DNA of 64,000 nucleotides from Flectonema sp. DT1601 (Eukaryota): the NCBI GenBank assembly GCA_964019425.1, contig OZ025793.1:1364001-1428000 (forward strand), given 5' to 3'. This document shows positions 56,801 to 64,000 of the stretch, piece by piece (the first letter of the stretch is position 1; every line of letters begins with the position of its first letter). The position numbers and the translations under genes are program-made. A model generated the notes under the pieces. That model was not told the origin of the DNA. It saw only the letters and a program-made list of their open reading frames with translations, and did no database searches.

Positions 56801-59800
56801 GATCATTGTCCTCAAGCTTGCAGCAGCTGCAACAACGACTGCGACCACTCCCCGTGCGGTGACCAGATTTGTATCGACGATGACGATGAACTAAACTTCG
56901 AGTATTTCTGCTACTGTACATATCCACTTTATGGAGAGACTGCTGTTAATTCAAATATTGAAGATTGTAAACATGTTTGTCCACCCGCATTTCCATTTGC
57001 TGTTGACATCAACGGTGAGACAACTTGTTGCTCATCGATGGAATGCACTGGTCAGGGACCACGGGGGAACTACGTCAGTTATATTTGTTTTGATAATCCA
57101 GAGCCCAGTATCTGTTCTGACAGTCTTATTGCCTGCAGTGAGTACCCAGAAATATGTGCTGTAACTTGTGATCAATGTCACTCTGACTGCATAGTTGACC
57201 CTTGTGGTGACACATCAGTTCAGTCCTGCTTTGATAATGACGGTCAAATAAATTCTGAGTACACTTGTAAATGTATTTATCCATACTGGGGATCTGATTC
57301 CTTTGCACAGAAGGCTGAGTGTTTGCAGATGTGTGAAGTTGATATTCCTTACGCGTCGACGTACAACCCGGATCAGGATACGACTGCTTGTTGTAATTCA
57401 CAAGACTGCCTTCCAGGAAATGAAGGAAAAGACATCCAGACCTACTCTGGTGAATACATTTCTTACGATTGTTATGACCATCCTATTTCTTGTGAAGTTG
57501 CACTGAGTGACTCTCAAGTTACTTACTGCGAAGATGCTACGAATTACTTAAAATGTCCTTCAACGTGCGGATGCGGAAACGACTGCGTTACCGAACCCTG
57601 CGGACTTGAACAAACATGTAGCGACTCCGGAACAGATAAAGACGACTCCTTCGAATGTGCATGTATTTTCCCATCTGTCGGCGATACAACGCAATCAGTA
57701 AAGGCGGAGTGCAGTGGGATTTGTCCTGAGCTGCAGCCGTGGGCAACGTATGACGCCGGGAACGACGTAACAAATTGTTGTTTTTTAAAAACTTGTGAAA
57801 TTGTGTACTCTGAAAGTGATGTTTCTCAGTACCCCGGAAAGTTAGAAAGCTGGCGTTGTGTTGACAATCCAGAAGTATGCAGCGACCCTAATTCAATTAA
57901 CTGCGATGAGGGAGTCTGCCGCTTTGCATGTGACAGCTGCCCCAACGATTGTGATCTCAATCCCTGCGGAGACTCATCAATTCACTTGTGCACTGATGAG
58001 GGCGGATTGGATGGAGTGTTTACGTGCGAATGTATTTATCCATTTACTGGTGACACTGTTGAGAATGGTCCAAATGATTGTATCAAAATGTGTCTGCTTT
58101 CTACTCCATTTGCAGTGAAAGGAGAATTCAGTTCATTGTGTTGTGATAATCCTTCTTGTTCTGGTGTTTATAAAGAACACGTCGCAGATACAACTTCGTA
58201 CTTTTGTTCAGATTTAACTTATTGTGCTGATGTGAATCCTTGTCCCTCAGCTGCAAGTGACTGCCCCCTTATGTGCGATGAGTGTCCTAATGACTGTTCT
58301 GTCGGGACACTCTGTCCGGAAGAGTGCAGTGACGACGATGGACTAGTTAACTACGAAGGCTTTCACTGTCTCTGCCCATCAGTAGGTGTTGAAGACCCTC
58401 CTGAGAATGGCTGCTCCTCCCGTGACACTCTTGCGAATATCGACGATCTCAATTCGTACTGCGGCTTGTGTCCGATTGCTTGCGGTCTGTGCCCTGGTGA
58501 TTGTGAAGGACGAAGTGTTTGTCCAGGTGGTATGTTATTATTCTTCAGAGATGTTGTAGTTAGATCGTATCCAAAGATTACGAAAAACAATAAATAAACA
58601 AAACAGATACCACCTGCCTCGATATCGATGGTCAGATTAACTCCGCCGGTCTCTACTGCGCTACAGAAGGTTCCGATTGTGCTATTTTCCCCTGCGGACA
58701 GCAGGAGTGCATCGACAACGATGGTGCAGTAAACGGACATTTTCTCTGCAACTGCAGATCTCCATTCTCGGGCAGTGCACACAGAAGGCCTGCAACTTGT
58801 ACTGGGATGTGTCCTTTTAATTATCCTTTACTAAGTGAAGATGGCTTTTGTTGTGAGACTCCAACCAGCTGCATTGATTGTCCAGCAGATGTCTGCAATG
58901 CGTACGATTGCTCAGATTTACTTGACAACTGCGATCAGATAGCAAATGATGGAATGTGTTTAGCTCCGATAGACGGATCTGAGGAGTTGTACGAATCAAA
59001 GTGTCCGCAGTCATGTGATCTTTGTTGGAAGTTATGTGGTGGTGTTTATGGCAATCCTTGCCCTGCAATGTCAACTTGTGAAGAAGTAGATTTAGACTCT
59101 ACACAGGTTGCTGTCTGCAAATGTGATCAATTGGGGGCCGTCATTATCGACGGCGTTTGTCAAGAGTCGTGTCCACTCGAGAAGCCGGTTGCGATTACAG
59201 GGATCCGCGGTCTCAGTTTTTGTTGTGAACTAAAATTAGACCTTTGCGAGCCTTGCAATTCAGAGCGCTGCTGGTCATACGAATGCTCAGATATTAATGA
59301 AGAAACTTGTTCTAGTGAATCATCATTCCCTGATACTTGTAATGATATTCAGTTTGAAGGGATGGGTGCTAATGATTACTGTAAGAAGACATGTGGACAT
59401 TGTGATCTCCATTGTCCAATAAACTATCCGTATCCAAATGACGATGGATCTGCTTGTTGCGAAAAGCCTCACAGGTTCTGTGATTTTCCATGTCCTGATT
59501 CAATGACGTGCTCGCAGTATTTTACTTGCGAGTTCACTCATCAGGGGTACTGCTCGAAATTTACTCCTCTCGACTGCGATAGTGAAGTAATAGAATTTGA
59601 GATTCAACAGCATGCGGGGTATTTAGTTAGGGATATCTGTGGGAGTCTTTGCTCTTCAGTGTGTGCGGATTCTGACTGCCATTACAATCCGTGTGGAGAC
59701 GGTCAGATTTGTATCGACAATGATGGATCTGTCAACAAAGAGTTCCACTGCATTTGCGGTGTTGGCTACTTCGGGGATCGTTACAATGAACCCGCCTCGT

Positions 59801-62800
59801 GCTCTTACGCCAGTTGTCAAATTGCAGGAATTTGGATTGCCTCCTGGGAATCTCTTCGTTGCGATGATACCTCCAACACGGAGTACATTCGTATCACACC
59901 AAATAATGAGGTTTTAATGAATGGGATTTCTGGATCAATTGAGTGGACAGCAGCAGATATATTTAACATCAAATGGGAGATAGACGGCGACAAACCCGAG
60001 AAATTTGTTGAGACGTTTAAATTGAACTCGGAAAAAACGAAAGCTGACATGATAGGAACTCATCGATATGAACCTCTAGACTGTGGGTCAATTGAATTGA
60101 TAAGAGATGCTGCAATGTCTCCTGAAATGGCACTCGATCCTTATGATGTTGTCCCCTGTTTAGACAATGCAGAATACAGTACAATAAATTGTCCAACAGA
60201 ATTCTATTACGCGGACACATCAACTCACGGTCAGTGTTGTCAGTTTGGCGACTGCTCACAACATGCGGTAATGGTGTGCGCTCTATTTCCGTGTGTTTCA
60301 GCTGATGGTGAGTACGAACCTGAGATTGAATACAAAGACATGGGTGGTGGGGAGTGCAGAACAGGAAATGGCCGAACGCGAATTTCTGGCTGGAGTCGAA
60401 GTTTGACTTTCGGAAATCTCGAAATGTCGGAATTGACAGAAGCCCATTGTCGAGGATATTGTACCAGTTACGGTGATGTTTGTACTGGTTATCAATACAG
60501 AAAAGGAACTAACGGACAAGTTGAGTGCACGCTGTATGATCCTTACCTGCAGTGGGCTGACTCGGCCTGGTGGGTTTGGGAGAGTGTACTCGGAAGTGGT
60601 GGAGAGTATCCTATGTACGTTCTCGATTCCGAGGACTACATCGCTTGTTATACAAAGAGCTCAGCGATTAGAGGGGCCTTCGTATTTATAACTCTGAGTG
60701 AGAACAGTTGTTGTAATCTTGAAACCCCTGGTGAGAATATCCGAGAGGTTGAAGGACAAGTTACTCAAGATGACTGTCGAACTCTGTGTTTCTTAGAAGC
60801 TGCCTGCACTGGTATTGAATTCCAAGTACTGACTCAGACATCAGAAGAAAGCACAGGGAGGTGCATAATTATTTTTAGCCAGAAACTTTTTCCAGGCAAG
60901 ACTTGTGAAGCTAGCTGCCAAATAAAAGAAGTAAACTATCCTATATCATATAAACCAGATAGCAATTGTTGCTTTGAGGCAGGTTTGAACATCGAACAGG
61001 AGGCTGCAGATATGAATCAGGTTGAGATGGATTGTGTTCCCAATTCTCAATTCTGTGACTTAGGCTGTATGGCAGACATTCATTGCACTGCAGTACTTTA
61101 CAGAGAAGATAACGCAATCTCTGAGGGTTGCCATAGTTGTTTGGCTTTCAAGAAGCCACCAACGCCTAGTTTCACACGATCCAAGTGTGGCTCTACTGCA
61201 ACATTTGAATGCAGTGTGAGACAGACTGCTAATTACTACTATCGAGTAAATTACAGGTTCTGCGACGGTCAATTCGCTCCATTGGAATCGAAAAACGAAT
61301 GTCTGACCGCAGCCAGGGAATTGAAACTGCTGACACAGCCTCCGGAATTTGAGTTTTCAACACCTGAGAACCCATACGGTTGTTGGATAAATCATCTCAA
61401 CGGTGATATCTCTTTCAACCAAAACGGAGATACATCAGGTAACAGTGAGTGTCCTATCGCACTCGGTAACTGTTGGGTGATATGTAAACCAAAGCCTGTT
61501 CATAATTCATTATCAATATCAACCTGGGAGGGATGCTTCTTTGACGACACGGAGTCACGCGCTATGGTCGGACCTTTTAAACCTCCTGAAGGTCGTGGAA
61601 CACCCGTCAATTGTTATATACGATGCGCTAAATATTCATACTTTGGAATCCAATACAACGATCAGGGTGTGAGAGAGTGTTGGTGTTCAAACAAAATCAA
61701 TTCAATCTCTCAACATGGTGAAGCTGATAATTGTAATCAGTGTACATCACTTTATGATGAATCTTTGTTTACGGGTATTAATATTAATTGTGTTTATTCT
61801 CGCAAGAATTCTGGTTGCTCTATCAACCAACACATTGGAAGAGGGGTCTGCGCTGAGAGCCAACACATTTTCCTTAACTCTTGGCCGGAGTGTGAAGCCG
61901 CATGCATATCACAACCTCTATGCCGTTTTGTTTCGTGGGACTCAACATCCGCTTCATGCGAACATACGATGCAAGAACAGTGTACAATGATATCTTCAAA
62001 TCACGAGACATACGACAGAAAGTTCTGCGATGAAGGGGAGTCGGTCTCTTTTGTGAAGGAGATACTGAGTTTTTCATACCAGAAATCTATCGACGGCGGT
62101 GGAAAGTGCGGCGCTCGAGCGGTCGATCCTGAAGAGTGGAAGAAACTTGGTTGGTGCGGATACAGCGTCACTACTGAAGGGCTTTGCGTGTCTGTTCCTG
62201 AAGACGACGTCGTATCAGTTCAACCGTTTAGACTTGGAGACGGATGCTTTTGTGAGAATGAGCTGACAGGTTTGAATCTTGGAGCCTGCAGTGTTGATGA
62301 TGGTCTTTGCAAACCTGTTACAGCACCACCTACACCAATTCCAACAGAGCGGCCAACACCTCCTCCGTTGGCCACAATCGAAGGAACCTTTCTCGGTGAC
62401 TGGAAGGGCATCGGATTTTGTGTCGATAAGATTGGAACCAAAATGGCGAGCTACGAAAACCTTTTAATAAAACCTGTAGTCACTGTCACTCTGTCAGATG
62501 ATCAGATGCAGCCTTCTTCTAATGGAGGTCTCGGACAGTTCTATCTCGGAGATGCTTTTTGGGAAATGCGCTGCCGTGAGAAGATAGTACAACTTGGTAA
62601 GTTGAACTGCGATGTGAAGGGTTTTGCTTTTACGAAGGCGACGGATGATAATTCGATTTCTCCGATTTGTTCGGCAATTGTGTCGAAGAGGATTCTAGAA
62701 ATTGAGGGGGATGGTGAATGGGTTTGGACGCCGTCTGAAATTACAATTCAAAGCGAGTACCCAGTTGACGGTGATAGCAATTCAGATTCTGACTGCTACA

Positions 62801-64000
62801 CATATACTGGTGGTCCCTGCAGTCAAGCGGATTCATGTGCAGCCTGCTACGAAGCAAATTGCGTCTTTCAAGAAGGTGTCTGCAGAAGGAACACAGCTGA
62901 AGCGAATATCTGCACTTCGGACTGTTTTGTTAGCTTCCGTGACTCCTGTGATTCCGAAACAGTTGCCCGCTTTGGTTTAACTGTCAGATCCGCGTCGCAA
63001 ACAAAGTACGAAGATCTTCGAGAAATGTTCTTCACTCAGCCAGTTCTTGGAACTATAAATGGTTTGACTCAGCCGACTGACCACGATTTTGATTTCGTTT
63101 ATTTGGTCGACAAGGAGAGCTGTGAAGCTGCAGGATATCTCGACATCACTTTAGCCGAGGAATGCAAAGTTGCTCTTTGTGGTCTCGTTGACGTCACACT
63201 TCTCATCGATGTGCCAAACCCTCCCTCTAGTCACATCACTGCTGGAACTGCACCACTCGGCTGTTCAGTTCAGTGCAGTGATGGGAGTGGAGCATTTTGT
63301 TCCTACAAAAACAGTTGGTTTCAAAGTCCTGTTTTTAATTATGCACTTGGAAATCCGAAGCCAGACTGCAGGAACACGGCAAAGCAAAACATCCGTTGCG
63401 TTTGCAAAAGAGATTTAGGTCCTGTTTTAACACCCGACGAAAACTGTCTTCAAGGGGGAACTGCTGATTACGTTTTACAAGAATATGGACCTGGATGTGG
63501 AACGACTGCTCTAACTGACCCGTCAGGGAAAACGGTTCCGTCAGCTGAAGTGACGGATGTGATATCGATGGATGAATGTCGAAAAGCAACTTGTTCTCTA
63601 TTGGGATACAAACTCGGTGATGGGAACTCTATTGCTTGGAATTCGTACCCAGTTCTGGATGGAGATCAATATCGATCTGCTTACAGTGGAGCCGGTATCT
63701 ATATCACGGCAAGGGACACTGAAGGTGTCACAATCGACACATCAGTCGGAGATGAGCCATTTCGCGGAGGATGTTCAGCTGTGAGAGATGCTTCTGGTAA
63801 TCCCTACCAAGTGTTTTACCTTCCTCAGAATGTTTGTCCTTTTTACAATTCGTCTGTCGGTAAATTCGGAAGTTGCAACCTCGACAACGGCTGTCAATCA
63901 CATCCTGACGGTAGCTGTACAGCTCTCAGAGAAGGGTTTGGATTGTGTACTAAGAAACTCCCCTGTCTGTGTCGGAGATTAGCTCCGAAGATAAAGGACG
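50837..64000 (+). CDS. Giant secreted/surface Cys-rich protein (>4,300 aa, 3' end outside the window); exons 50837-58529 and 58607->64000
   Basis: Signal peptide MASLRTLFVGLVVLQLTSLTKA; acidic Pro-rich spacer; about 15 EGF-like plus ShKT-like ~115-aa modules. Intron gtatgt...aaacag (58530-58606) resumes the module (DTTCLDIDGQINS). Later PAN/apple-like and WSC-like (WEGCFFDD...YFGIQY..ECWCSN) domains; the frame was open wherever checked up to the window end. Confidence 0.85.
52091..52890 (+). repeat. Coding minisatellite (12-nt unit) encoding PEEA/PEDA/PEDP tetrapeptides
   Basis: Repeated cc(t/g)ga(a/g)ga(a/c/t)(gc/cc)n units, seen in sequence and translation. Confidence 0.95.
53687..54725 (+). 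repeat. Three near-identical 345-nt tandem coding modules
   Basis: DCERDPCNG..CTDADGNLDSVFKCYC...CPLTC starts at about 53687, 54032 and 54377 with only a few substitutions. Confidence 0.95.

Noticed and set aside
5065..58606. Stop-codon reassignment or frameshifting to explain truncated ORFs
   Set aside because: Each break is resolved in frame by a GT-AG intron, and TAA, TAG and TGA all terminate genes.

Overview
Eukaryotic nuclear DNA with about 21 protein-coding genes, all on the + strand. Several have short GT-AG introns and most have a T-rich ...(A)CAG acceptor just upstream of the ATG. This fits a euglenozoan-type polycistronic, trans-spliced gene cluster, most likely a diplonemid (inference). 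Recognisable genes: WDR3/UTP12, two TTL-family ATP-grasp paralogs, an EF-hand protein, two Ubl-LRR proteins, a LisH-WD40 protein, a DAG/sphingosine-kinase-like protein, DGAT2, a Dpy30/RIIa-CDGSH-cytochrome b5 reductase fusion, a bacterial-type ArsC, POC1, a PhyH-type dioxygenase, an NDK-like protein and a >4,300-aa Cys-rich secreted/surface protein that runs off the window. Intergenic DNA holds a decayed piggyBac with TTAA TSDs, an array of five covarying stem-loops and a family of structured repeats. The most striking signal is at 37341-37421: a complete hammerhead ribozyme core (CUGAAGA / GAAA / GUC, with stems I-III all pairing). Its three strands occur in an order that is not one of the type I/II/III circular permutations, and it sits in a ~227-nt partial tandem repeat resembling a retrozyme. 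All calls were made by eye; no database searches or folding programs were run.
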